NCBI GenBank assembly: GCA_963814605.1
Contig: CAWFDD010000003.1
Location: forward strand, 609,734-673,733
Origin: an uncultured Acidobacteriota bacterium
Lineage (GTDB): Bacteria; Acidobacteriota; Terriglobia; Acidiferrales; UBA7541
DNA: 64,000 bases
Direction of reading: 5' to 3'
A program made the translations under genes and the position numbers. Below, piece after piece: positions 18,735 to 28,078 of the stretch. Numbering within the stretch: position 1 is the stretch's first letter; each line of letters begins with the position of its first letter. Below the pieces are notes generated by a model. It had not been told where the DNA came from. It saw only the letters and a list, made by a program, of their open reading frames with translations, and made no database searches.

Positions 18735-19886
18735 GTGGCCGGACAATTCACCTTCAGGAATTCCATGCAATCATCGGAACAAAATACGCCTCGTACTGGT
18801 TCGCGGATCGAAAGCAATGCCTCCCTCGTGGAGCATGGGTATATTGTCGAGAGGAGCGATCCCGTGCTAGTGACGGGGGCGAACGGATTTATCGGTTCTC
18901 GAGTCGTCGAGGGCTTACTGGAACTTGGCTTCGAGAACGTGCGTTGTCTTGCAAGGTCTTCGAGTGGTGGCAACCGGCTCCAGGCAATCGCCAAAATCGA
19001 CGAAAACGCCTCTCGAATGGAAATAATCACCGGGAATCTCCTTTCGCCGCAGGACTGTGCAAATGCTGCGAAAGATGTAAAAGTCATATTTCACCTCGCC
19101 GCCGGGCGAGGCGAGAAGTCTTTTCCCGATGCATTCATGAATTCCGTTGTTACGACGAGAAATTTGCTCGAGGCCGCAGGCCATGGCTGCCTGAAGCGCT
19201 TCGTAAACATCAGTTCATTTGCCGTTTACTCCAATCGCGGAAAAAGCCGAGGCAAATTGCTGGACGAAACCTGTCCCATGGAAGACCACCCAGTGCTGCG
19301 CGGAGAAGCATACTGCTTCGCAAAAGTGGAGCAGGACCGAATCGTGATGGAGTATGGGAGAAAACAGGGCATTCCCTACGCGATCGTAAGGCCAGGCCAA
19401 GTGTATGGCCCGGGCAACGAAGGAATCACAGGCCGTGTTGGAATCGGAACGTTCGGTATTTTTCTGCACTTGGGCGGTTCTAATACGATACCGCTGACCT
19501 ATGTTGACAACTGCGCCGACGCCATAATTCTGATCGGGCTCAAGCACGGGACCGACGGGCAGGTATTTAATGTAGTGGATGACAACCTTCCAACTAGCCG
19601 TAGATTTCTGCGCCTTTACAAGAAGAATGTCGGTGCCTTTCCCTCGCTGTACATTCCTCACGCGGTCAGCTACGCGCTCTGCTACCTATGGGAAAAATAC
19701 TCTGTTTGGTCCCAGGAACAACTGCCATTGGCGTTCAATCGCAGGAGATGGCACTCCTATTGGAAAAGTACGAGCTACAGTAACGAAAAACTCAAAACGC
19801 TCGTGGGTTGGAAACCAAGAGTCAATACGCAGGACGCGCTAAGCCGTTTCTTTGCGAGCTGCAGAATGCAGAGAGCCCGTGCTTAA
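18735..19886 (+). CDS. NAD-dependent epimerase/dehydratase (extended SDR)
   Basis: VLVTGANGFIGSRVVEGL is the NAD-binding motif, and the catalytic YCFAK fits YxxxK. The start is uncertain (GTG at 18735 or ATG at 18765). Confidence 0.8.
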   Translation: MAGQFTFRNSMQSSEQNTPRTGSRIESNASLVEHGYIVERSDPVLVTGANGFIGSRVVEGLLELGFENVRCLARSSSGGNRLQAIAKIDENASRMEIITGNLLSPQDCANAAKDVKVIFHLAAGRGEKSFPDAFMNSVVTTRNLLEAAGHGCLKRFVNISSFAVYSNRGKSRGKLLDETCPMEDHPVLRGEAYCFAKVEQDRIVMEYGRKQGIPYAIVRPGQVYGPGNEGITGRVGIGTFGIFLHLGGSNTIPLTYVDNCADAIILIGLKHGTDGQVFNVVDDNLPTSRRFLRLYKKNVGAFPSLYIPHAVSYALCYLWEKYSVWSQEQLPLAFNRRRWHSYWKSTSYSNEKLKTLVGWKPRVNTQDALSRFFASCRMQRARA

Positions 19887-21003
19887 GATTGCCATCGTAG
19901 GATGCGGAAAGATCGCGGATTCACACGCATCTCAGATCGGGAGGATCAAGGGATGCGAGATTGTCGGGGTGTGCGATCGAGAGCCCCTAATGGCCCAACA
20001 GTTAGCCAAGAGGTTTCCGATCAACCAGGCGTTCAGCAGCTTGAGCGAGCTTCTGGATGAAACCAAGCCCGACGTCGTTCACATTACCACGCCCCCTCAA
20101 AGTCACTTTGATTTGGCGAGTGCTTGCTTGGATCGGGGATGCCATGTCTACATCGAAAAACCCTTTACGGTTCATGCGAATGAAGCCGAAAAGCTGATCA
20201 CGATGGCCAACGCGACGGGTCTGAAGATAACAGCAGGCCACGACGATCAGTTCAGTCACGTGACCCGACGCATGCGTTCGCTGGTCCAGAGCGGATACTT
20301 AGGCGGCAATCCGGTACACATGGAGAGTTACTACTGTTACGAAATTTCAAAAGCGGGTTACGCAGGAGCACTACTCGGGGATAAACAGCATTGGGTGAGA
20401 CGGCTGCCCGGAAAGCTGTTGCAGAATATTATTAGTCACGGCATCGCCAGGATTGCGGAGTTCTTAGCGGGCGATTCCCCTGAAGTGGTCGCATACGGTT
20501 TCACGAGTCCTCTACTCCGGAGTATGGGTGAAACCGAAATCATCGATGAGTTGAGGGTAATTATCCACGATGAAAGCGGGACGACGGCATATTTCACGTT
20601 TTCCTCGCAGATGCGGCCCGGACTTCATGGATTTCGGATGTACGGCCCCAAGAACGGGCTTGTTCTCGATCAAGATCAGGAGACTTTGATCAAGCTTCGA
20701 GGCACGCAGTACAAGAGCTACGCCGAAAAGTTCGTTTCCCCGTTGGTCGCGGCCGGACAGAATGTCCGAAATGTGGCTGCGAATCTCAAGACTTTCCTGG
20801 GAAACGATTTCCACATGAAGGCGGGGATGAAGTATTTGATCGAAGCATTTTACCGTTCGATCGTCGAAGGAACCGAGGGTCCGATTCCATATCGTGAGAT
20901 TGTACTTACCGCGAGAATAATGGAAACTATTTTTGATAGCCTTGGCAGCGAATCCGGCACGCACTCCTGTGCGATGCCCTCGCGATCCGCGGCCATCAGC
21001 TGA
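19879..21003 (+). CDS. Gfo/Idh/MocA-family oxidoreductase
   Basis: The sequence reads VLKIAIVGCGKIADSHASQI...VYIEKPFT. The GTG at 19879 overlaps the end of the upstream gene by 8 nt. Confidence 0.8.
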   Translation: MLKIAIVGCGKIADSHASQIGRIKGCEIVGVCDREPLMAQQLAKRFPINQAFSSLSELLDETKPDVVHITTPPQSHFDLASACLDRGCHVYIEKPFTVHANEAEKLITMANATGLKITAGHDDQFSHVTRRMRSLVQSGYLGGNPVHMESYYCYEISKAGYAGALLGDKQHWVRRLPGKLLQNIISHGIARIAEFLAGDSPEVVAYGFTSPLLRSMGETEIIDELRVIIHDESGTTAYFTFSSQMRPGLHGFRMYGPKNGLVLDQDQETLIKLRGTQYKSYAEKFVSPLVAAGQNVRNVAANLKTFLGNDFHMKAGMKYLIEAFYRSIVEGTEGPIPYREIVLTARIMETIFDSLGSESGTHSCAMPSRSAAIS

Positions 21004-21050
21004 GAAGTGTTTGGCTTCACGATTCCCGGACGAACCTAAGCGTACAAAAG

Positions 21051-22136
21051 ATGCGAGCTACTGAGATCAAGGATTACAACGCGGCTCCTGCCACGGACGG
21101 TTTCGTCCAGATTCGCGTCAAAGGAAGGTGGGAGGTGGTGCCCGCTGCCGAAATCAACGGCACCAAGGTCCTCGTTAAGGGGAAATGGCTGAAAACAGCA
21201 GCCGTCCGCAGCGAAGAAATGATGACGGACGAGTTGCAAAACCCGGAGCTTTACGTCGAAAAGCTGAAGCACGAAAGGAACCCGGCATTAAGGGCTGACA
21301 TCTTCACGTTCACTCAGAAGGTTCCTAACGCCGAACCGAGGTACGCTTATTTAGCCGAGCGCGAAAGCATAGCCGTGATCCACGTGGTTAGTTTTAGAGA
21401 ATGGTGGGAAGGCCTGCCGCAAGAAACCCGGAAAAACGTGAGACGCGCCCAGAAACGCGGCCTCCAGGTAAGAGTCAGCGACTTCGACGATGATTTGATT
21501 CAAGGAATTCGCGGTGTGAACGACGAAACGCCGTTGCGGCAAGGAACAGCGAATGCGTACTACGGAAGGAGTCCAGCCGAGACGAGGCAGCTCTACGGCG
21601 AGTTTATAGGGCGCTGCGACTTCGTTTGCGCCTACTTCGGCGAGGAGCTCGTGGGGTTTCTGCACTTGGTCTATCGCGGAAATGTCGCATCGATCCTAAA
21701 CCTCACAACGAAACCGAGCCATTCTGACAAGAGACCAGCGAACGCTTTGATGGCCAAAGCAGTGGAGATTTGTGAGACAAGGGGCATCTCATACATTACT
21801 TATGGCCGATACAACTATGGCAACAAGCACGACAGCCCGTTGCGTGAGTTCAAAGTTCGAAACGGATTTGGGGAAACTCTTGTACCTCGATTCTACGTCC
21901 CGTTGAATGTCTGGGGAGCGTTCTGTTTGAGGGTGAAACTTCATCGCGGTCTGGTCGGGATTCTACCGCACAGCGCAATTGTGGTGGGCGTTAGGATTCG
22001 AGCCAAGTGGTACAATTTCAGACAACCTCAAAGCCGGTGTAGCTCAACGCCAGAGCGGCCGAATCGTACTCGGCAGACGGAGCGTTCAACCCCTCCCGCC
22101 GGCTCCAATCCCAATTCTCCAGTTGCCGATCGCTAG
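21051..22136 (+). CDS. FemAB-like GNAT-fold protein (Acetyltransf_6/CelD-like)
   Basis: The core reads ...ETRKNVRRAQKRGLQVRV...ELVGFLHLVYRGNVASILNLTT...ANALMAKAVEICETRGISYITYG. It aligns by eye with the paralog at 40409. The last ~35 codons are P/R/S-rich and coincide with the tRNA-like element. Confidence 0.7.
   Translation: MRATEIKDYNAAPATDGFVQIRVKGRWEVVPAAEINGTKVLVKGKWLKTAAVRSEEMMTDELQNPELYVEKLKHERNPALRADIFTFTQKVPNAEPRYAYLAERESIAVIHVVSFREWWEGLPQETRKNVRRAQKRGLQVRVSDFDDDLIQGIRGVNDETPLRQGTANAYYGRSPAETRQLYGEFIGRCDFVCAYFGEELVGFLHLVYRGNVASILNLTTKPSHSDKRPANALMAKAVEICETRGISYITYGRYNYGNKHDSPLREFKVRNGFGETLVPRFYVPLNVWGAFCLRVKLHRGLVGILPHSAIVVGVRIRAKWYNFRQPQSRCSSTPERPNRTRQTERSTPPAGSNPNSPVADR
22033..22107 (+). 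tRNA. tRNA-Thr(CGU)-like cloverleaf with non-canonical D loop and T stem. It may be a specialised tRNA or a pseudo-tRNA.
   Basis: Hand-folded as follows:
- Acceptor stem GCCGGTG/CGCCGGC (6 Watson-Crick pairs plus 1 GU), then T8 A9.
- D stem GCTC/GAGC with D loop AACGCCA.
- Anticodon stem GCCGA/TCGGC with loop A-T-CGT-A-C.
- Variable loop AGAC.
- T arm GGAG(C)G-TTCAACC-CCTCC.
- Discriminator T and an encoded CCA. Confidence 0.5.
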
Positions 22137-22150
22137 GAAAGCCCAAAACC

Positions 22151-23974
22151 ATGCCTGGTATCGCCGGTCTTGTAACCAGACTGCCGCGCGCACGTGCCGT
22201 CGCGACGTTGTGCAGGATGCTCGAGCCGCTTCGCCACGAGTCCTTCTATGAGACTGGGGTTTGGATTGATGAGTCCCTGGGCGTCTACGTTGGATGGGCG
22301 GCCAGGAAGGGATCTTTTTGCGACGCGATGCCGATCGCCAACGAAACGGGCGATATATCACTTGTATTTTCAGGACAGGAGTATCCAGAACCCGGAGCGA
22401 TTCGTGCCTTAAAAGAGAGAGGGCACTCATTTGACGCACGAAGTTCCTCGTACCTTGTTCATGTTTATGAAGACGATCCAAATTTTCCGCAGGCCTTGAA
22501 CGGGCTCTTTCACGGCATTGTAGCGGATCGAGTCCGCGGTATTGCAACTCTCTTCAACGATCGATATGGAATGCACCGGCTCTGTTATCACCAGTCAAGC
22601 GACAGTTTCTACTTTGCAGCAGAGGCTAAAGCTATCCTGGCGGCGCTTCCGGAACTGCGGGAGCCTGATCCTCGCAGTATCGGAGAATTCGTGGCTTGCA
22701 GCTGTGTTCTTGGGGACCGAACGATATTCAAGGACATCCAGGTTCTGCCCGCCGGCTCCGCGTGGGTTTTTCGCAATGGCACGATCGAAAAGAAGGCCCG
22801 CTACTTCCAAACGAGTGAATGGGAGCAGCAAACGCCGCTAGATTCGGAGTCGCACTATCACGAGTTACGGAGAACATTTTCCAAGGGTTTACCGCTCTAT
22901 TTTTCTGATGATGAGCGGGTCGGTATGACTCTCACTGGTGGCTTCGACACCCGGATGATCATGGCCTGGCATCAGTCGGCTCCTGGCACGCTTCCTTGCT
23001 ACACATTTGGCGGAATGTTCCGAGAGTCGCAAGATGTTCGAGTCGCGCGACGAATTGCGGAACTATGCCGACAACCGTACAACGTGATTACGGTCGGTGA
23101 TGAATTTCTTGCTCGTTTTCCCCATTATGCCGAGCGGACGATCTACCTGACTGAAGGCGGAGTGGACGTCAATCGTTCGTCCGATTTGTTTGTAAGCGAG
23201 AAAGCGCGCCAGATTGCGCCTGCGAAAGTGGTCGGGACCTATGGCAGTGAGATTATCCGCCAAGCGGTAATGTTCAAGGCCGCGCCTCCGCCGAATGGTC
23301 TCTTCCAGCCCGAATTTCTTTCGAGCGTCCAGCTAGCTCAAAAAACATATGCTGAGCTCCGTCGCGAGCATCCCGTTACGTTTGCTGCGTTCCGCCAGTC
23401 TCCGTGGTATCACCAAGGAGTTCTGGCTCTGGAAAGTACTCAGTTGACCGTGCGTTCGCCATACCTCGACAACGAATTCGTGCGAACCGTATTCCGAGCT
23501 CCGCACTCGAACGGACGAAATGGCGACGTTCGGCCACGGCTGATTCGCGATGGCAGCGCGGTACTTGGAAAGTTTCGAACCGACAGAGGAGCAGGCGGAG
23601 ATTCCGGCCGTCTTGTTTCATCCGCGGCCCGCGGCTTACATGAGTTTTCGTTCAAGGCGGAGTATGCCTACGATTACGGAATGCCGAAATGGCTAGCTCG
23701 CGTTGATCACGCTCTGTCGCCGCTGCACTTGGAGAAGCTTTTTCTAGGCAGGCACAAGCTGTGTCACTATCGAGTTTGGTACCGGGATAGCCTTTCCAAG
23801 TATGTAAGGGAAATACTGCTCGACTCGCGAACGCTCTCCCGTCCGTACCTCGAACCCAAGGGAGTGGAAGCCGTCGTAAATGGTCACACCAAGGGCGGCA
23901 TGAACCATACGACCGCGATTCACAAGCTTCTTTCGTTGGAGTTGTTACACCGACTTTTTATGGATGGAAGATGA
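22151..23974 (+). CDS. Asparagine synthetase B-family (Ntn amidotransferase + PP-loop synthetase) homolog lacking the N-terminal nucleophile Cys
   Basis: It starts MPGIAGLV (canonical is MCGI.G). The glutaminase-fold region reads ...LVFSGQEY...LFNDRYGMHRLCY. The PP-loop-like motif is MTLTGGFDTRMI. Confidence 0.8.
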   Translation: MPGIAGLVTRLPRARAVATLCRMLEPLRHESFYETGVWIDESLGVYVGWAARKGSFCDAMPIANETGDISLVFSGQEYPEPGAIRALKERGHSFDARSSSYLVHVYEDDPNFPQALNGLFHGIVADRVRGIATLFNDRYGMHRLCYHQSSDSFYFAAEAKAILAALPELREPDPRSIGEFVACSCVLGDRTIFKDIQVLPAGSAWVFRNGTIEKKARYFQTSEWEQQTPLDSESHYHELRRTFSKGLPLYFSDDERVGMTLTGGFDTRMIMAWHQSAPGTLPCYTFGGMFRESQDVRVARRIAELCRQPYNVITVGDEFLARFPHYAERTIYLTEGGVDVNRSSDLFVSEKARQIAPAKVVGTYGSEIIRQAVMFKAAPPPNGLFQPEFLSSVQLAQKTYAELRREHPVTFAAFRQSPWYHQGVLALESTQLTVRSPYLDNEFVRTVFRAPHSNGRNGDVRPRLIRDGSAVLGKFRTDRGAGGDSGRLVSSAARGLHEFSFKAEYAYDYGMPKWLARVDHALSPLHLEKLFLGRHKLCHYRVWYRDSLSKYVREILLDSRTLSRPYLEPKGVEAVVNGHTKGGMNHTTAIHKLLSLELLHRLFMDGR

Positions 23975-24013
23975 CCCAGCCGCGCGAACACCGATTAGGC
24001 AAGGGAGCATAGT

Positions 24014-25498
24014 TTGAGCCCTTCCCTAGCACTTGTGGTTTACAGCGTCGCAATCGCTGGACTTTTTTACCTTGATCGAGATAAGTCCATCCGGACTTCC
24101 TGGGCGCTGTGGATTCCGGTTCTCTACCTATGGGTTCTTGGATCAAGACCCGTATCAGCATGGCTGGGAGTGACGCCTGCTAACGGTGCGAATGTCCAGC
24201 TTGATGGCAGCCCTGTTGACGCGGTTTTCTTCGCGCTCTTAGGTATTGCGGCGTTATGTGTCCTGGTCCATCGGGGGCGCCGAACAATCGCCTTGGTCCA
24301 TGCAAACTGGCCGATTTTGATCTTCTTCTTGTACTGCTTGCTGAGCGTCTTTTGGTCCGATTTCCCAGGCGTGGCCTTTAAACGATGGACTAAAGCGATC
24401 GGCGATCTGCTAATGATCCTCATTGTTGTAACAGATCGACAACCGGTCGCCGCTCTTCGTCGCCTGCTCTCTCGCACCGGCTTCGTTTTGATGCCTCTAT
24501 CCCTGCTGTTTATCAAATATTATCCGAATCTTGGCCGGTCGTATGACCCATGGACCGGTGGGCAGATGTTCACTGGCCTGACGACTGACAAGAATATGCT
24601 CGGAGTGATTACGTTTGTTCTCTCACTGGGAGCGCTTTGGCGCATTGTCGGACTCTTCCGGTCTGAGGAGGTTTCCTGGGAACGCCGGAGGCATCTGGTA
24701 GCCCAGGCAACGCTGCTGGTCATCGGAGTGTGGCTACTGATACAGGCAAATTCAGATACCTCTATCGTGGGTTTCGCCCTCGGGGCCGGACTGCTGTTGG
24801 TGACGAACCTGCGGTACATAAGACGTCATACCGCTGCCGTGCACATACTCATTCTGTCGCTCATCTTGACTGGTAGTTTGGTCAAATTGCTCGGTGGTGG
24901 AGCGAGCGTGGCTGCAGCGTTGGGTCGTAATCCGACCCTCACCGGACGCACGGAGATATGGGCGGCTATTATCCCGATGTCGCGCAATCCATTGGTCGGG
25001 GCGGGATTCGAAAGCTTCTGGCTCAACCCAGATGTAGCGCAGAGACTAGCAGTGGTGTTCCCGGGTCTCCCTCTCAGCGAGGCTCACGACGGGTACATAG
25101 AGGTCTATCTCGAGCTCGGCTGGGCAGGAGTTGGATTGATTGGGCTCGTTTTGATCGACGGTTATCGCCGTTCGGTCAAAGCTTTTCGCCGCGATCCGGC
25201 GTTGGGCAGCCTACTAATCGCTTATGTCGTGTCCGCGATGGTTTACAGCGTGACTGAGGCTGGCTTCCGGATGATGGATCCGATCTGGATCTTCTTCCTC
25301 CTTGCCGTAATCGAATCGAGTAGCATAGCCGCCGGTCTGAGTCTCGGAACATCGCCGCGTCTCGAGACGTCACCCAATCGAGTCTCTGAATTGCCGGCCA
25401 CGAATGCTCTTGCTATGACGCCTACAAGACGAACTATGGCTGGCAAATCGTCGAACGATGAACGACTTAATTTCAATCGGGGCGTGCGGGGATGGTGA
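24014..25498 (+). CDS. O-antigen ligase / Wzy-like polymerase family membrane protein
   Basis: There are at least 10 hydrophobic segments. The Wzy_C-type loop reads ...TGRTEIWAAIIPMSRNPLVGAGFESFW...AHDGYIEVYLELGWAGVG. The start is a TTG with an aagggag RBS. Confidence 0.8.
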   Translation: MSPSLALVVYSVAIAGLFYLDRDKSIRTSWALWIPVLYLWVLGSRPVSAWLGVTPANGANVQLDGSPVDAVFFALLGIAALCVLVHRGRRTIALVHANWPILIFFLYCLLSVFWSDFPGVAFKRWTKAIGDLLMILIVVTDRQPVAALRRLLSRTGFVLMPLSLLFIKYYPNLGRSYDPWTGGQMFTGLTTDKNMLGVITFVLSLGALWRIVGLFRSEEVSWERRRHLVAQATLLVIGVWLLIQANSDTSIVGFALGAGLLLVTNLRYIRRHTAAVHILILSLILTGSLVKLLGGGASVAAALGRNPTLTGRTEIWAAIIPMSRNPLVGAGFESFWLNPDVAQRLAVVFPGLPLSEAHDGYIEVYLELGWAGVGLIGLVLIDGYRRSVKAFRRDPALGSLLIAYVVSAMVYSVTEAGFRMMDPIWIFFLLAVIESSSIAAGLSLGTSPRLETSPNRVSELPATNALAMTPTRRTMAGKSSNDERLNFNRGVRGW

Positions 25499-25628
25499 CC
25501 CGGCCAGTAAAAGGGAGCCTTCGGTTTGAGATCACCGTACGACGAGACTCGGTCAATGAATTATGCGCGGCATGGTTGCGCGCGGTTTGGAATGTTGGAT
25601 GAATGACGCCATTTCACGAGGAAAATTC

Positions 25629-26981
25629 ATGGGTCGGTTGCGCATTTTAGTGTTGGGGCCGGACTGTAATCCGGAGCAAGTCAGCATGCCTTATGTCACT
25701 TTTTCCCATGCGGCAGCGCTTGCCCAACTCCATGACGTCACGCTGGCTGTTCGGTCGCCCGTTGAAGATGCCGTGCGCCGTGCAAAGGCCCCGTTTCGCG
25801 CCATTGAGGTAATCCGGCTGCGATGGCTCGAGCGCATCTATGCTTGGAGCTTGCGATGGATCTTCAGATATAACTACAACAACCAGGCGTTGACGGCTTT
25901 CTGTTATCCATTTTTCCTTGCATTCGAATTGCTCGCGTGGCGACGATTGCGGCGACAGATCTTTGCTGGCGAATTCGATGCGGTTCTTCGCATCTACCCA
26001 ATGAATGCGGTGTTCCCGAGTCCCATCGCTTTCTTCCTGCGGAAGGGCCCCATACCCTTCGTAATCGGTCCGCTTAATGGCGGACTCCCTTTTGTGCAGG
26101 GCTTCAGCCAGGCGAATAATCAGAAGCAATGGATCTCCCGCTTCCGAAGTCTGTACCGTTTCCTGCCATTCGCCCGCTCCACTTATCGCGACGCGGCGGC
26201 GATCATAGGGGCTTCTTCCCAAACGTGTGCCGAGTTTGCCGCGTATCGTGACAAAGTATTTTTTGTTCCGGAGCCCGGCGTTGGTCGTTCCATGTGCTCC
26301 GACGATACACGCAGTCCGGAGCCCGGCGCCAAGCTTAAGTTGATCTTCGTTGGGGGGCTAATCCCCTGTAAAGCTTGTGATCTGGCGTTGCGTGCGGCTG
26401 CGCCCCTCTTGCGAAGCGATTTGGCCCGCTTGGCAGTGGTTGGCGATGGTCCGGATCGCGCGAGCCTTGAGCAGCTTGCGAGATCGCTTGGTATAGAGAC
26501 GGCCGTCAGCTTCATTGGCTGGGTTAGCCATGCAGAGGTTCTCAGTCGTCTACGAGCTGCGGATGTGATGGTGTTTCCATCGGTTCGTGACTTCGGCGCG
26601 GGTGTGGTCTTTGAAGCTCTTGCGACTGGCGCTGTACCGGTGGTCGCTGATTTCGGTGGGCCAGGAGATATCGTTCATCCGGACGTAGGGTACAAGGTAG
26701 CCCTTACCAACGAGAACGACGTGGTGTCCGAGATGGAAAAGATCTTGGCGGAGCTCGCTGGCGACCGTGAACTTCTTAAACGCTTGCGGAAGCAAGGCAT
26801 GTCTTACGCACGAGAACGCCTAACTTGGGATGCGAAAGCGCAGGACACCACTCGCGTCCTGCATTGGGTCTTGCAGCAAGGTCCGAAGCCTGACCTTCCG
26901 TCGCCGAAGGCGCTAGCTGTCGGTGCTGACGCCTCCCGACAAAAAGCCATGCCGTATGCCAGGGGACCGGTCTCGGGGTAG
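25629..26981 (+). CDS. Glycosyltransferase family 4 (GT-B)
   Basis: The N-terminus is MGRLRILVLGPDCNPEQVSMPYV. The C-terminal part reads ...FPSVRDFGAGVVFEALATGAVPVVADFGGPGDIV, an EX7E-type region. I prefer the ATG at 25629 (gagga RBS). Confidence 0.85.
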   Translation: MGRLRILVLGPDCNPEQVSMPYVTFSHAAALAQLHDVTLAVRSPVEDAVRRAKAPFRAIEVIRLRWLERIYAWSLRWIFRYNYNNQALTAFCYPFFLAFELLAWRRLRRQIFAGEFDAVLRIYPMNAVFPSPIAFFLRKGPIPFVIGPLNGGLPFVQGFSQANNQKQWISRFRSLYRFLPFARSTYRDAAAIIGASSQTCAEFAAYRDKVFFVPEPGVGRSMCSDDTRSPEPGAKLKLIFVGGLIPCKACDLALRAAAPLLRSDLARLAVVGDGPDRASLEQLARSLGIETAVSFIGWVSHAEVLSRLRAADVMVFPSVRDFGAGVVFEALATGAVPVVADFGGPGDIVHPDVGYKVALTNENDVVSEMEKILAELAGDRELLKRLRKQGMSYARERLTWDAKAQDTTRVLHWVLQQGPKPDLPSPKALAVGADASRQKAMPYARGPVSG

Positions 26982-27052
26982 GCCCCTTTTTGCGGAAGGC
27001 ACGGGTTTAAGTCAGCGCCTGCGAGCTTCGTCAGGAGATAGAGGATGAGCAG

Positions 27053-28075
27053 ATGATCATTACACGCACCCCGCTTCGCGTTTCCTTTTTTGGGGGTGGT
27101 ACCGACTATCCAGTCTGGTATCGCGAGCACGGCGGAGCCGTATTGTCCACGGCGATCGACAAGTACTGCTACATTACGTGCCGCAAACTCCCGCCCTTCT
27201 TCGATTACCGCAGCCGGATCTCGTATTCGAAGGTCGAAAACGTCATGGAGAACACCGCCATTGAACATCCCTCGGTGCGCGGATGTTTACAATTGTTGGG
27301 GATCAGCGAAGGTGTCGAGATTCACCACGTGGCCGATCTACCGGCGCGTACGGGCCTCGGGACGAGCTCTGCGTTCACTGTGGGACTTCTCCTTGGCCTA
27401 TATGGATTAGGCGATCGGATGCGTGACAAACATGCTTTAGCCCAGGATGCCATTCGTGTTGAACAGGAAGTTCTAAAGGAAACTGTCGGCACACAAGACC
27501 AAGTGGCCGCCGCCTACGGCGGATTCAACCACATCACCTTTCGAGTCGATGACAGCATCCAGGTCAAGCCCATGTTGGCTGCGGCTGGAAGGCTCTCCGA
27601 GTTGCAGAGTCACCTGGCGCTTTTCTTTACGGGCTTCTCGCGCATCGCGTCCGAAATAGCGCAGGAACAGGTCAAAGAAACGCCAAAGCGACAGACCGAG
27701 CTTACAACCATGCTGCAGATGGTCGACGAAGCGGTCGACATCGTGTCCAATAGCCGTCGACAGATTCGCGAGTTCGGAAGTCTGCTTCACGAGAGCTGGA
27801 ACCTGAAAAAGACTCTCACCAACAAAATAACCAATTCTCAGATTGACCAGATCTACGAAGCAGGGCTTGAAGCCGGCGCCATGGGCGGAAAGCTCCTCGG
27901 TGCTGGGGGCGGAGGTTTCATGCTGTTCTTCGTGCCGCCCGAGCGGCGCGAAGCGTTGACGTTGCGATTGCGCAAATTGCTGTGCGTTCCGTTCGCATTT
28001 TCAAATCGGGGCAGCCACGTCGTGGTTTACGAGCCTGAAGCGTCGTATGAAAGTGTGCCGGCGGTTTCGGTCTAG
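27053..28075 (+). CDS. hddA: GHMP-family sugar kinase, D-glycero-alpha-D-manno-heptose 7-phosphate kinase-like
   Basis: The N-terminus is MIITRTPLRVSFFGGGTDYPVWYREHGGAVLSTAIDKYCYI. The GHMP motif is LPARTGLGTSSAF, and GGKLLGAGGGGFMLFF follows. Confidence 0.8.
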   Translation: MIITRTPLRVSFFGGGTDYPVWYREHGGAVLSTAIDKYCYITCRKLPPFFDYRSRISYSKVENVMENTAIEHPSVRGCLQLLGISEGVEIHHVADLPARTGLGTSSAFTVGLLLGLYGLGDRMRDKHALAQDAIRVEQEVLKETVGTQDQVAAAYGGFNHITFRVDDSIQVKPMLAAAGRLSELQSHLALFFTGFSRIASEIAQEQVKETPKRQTELTTMLQMVDEAVDIVSNSRRQIREFGSLLHESWNLKKTLTNKITNSQIDQIYEAGLEAGAMGGKLLGAGGGGFMLFFVPPERREALTLRLRKLLCVPFAFSNRGSHVVVYEPEASYESVPAVSV

Positions 28076-28078
28076 TCC

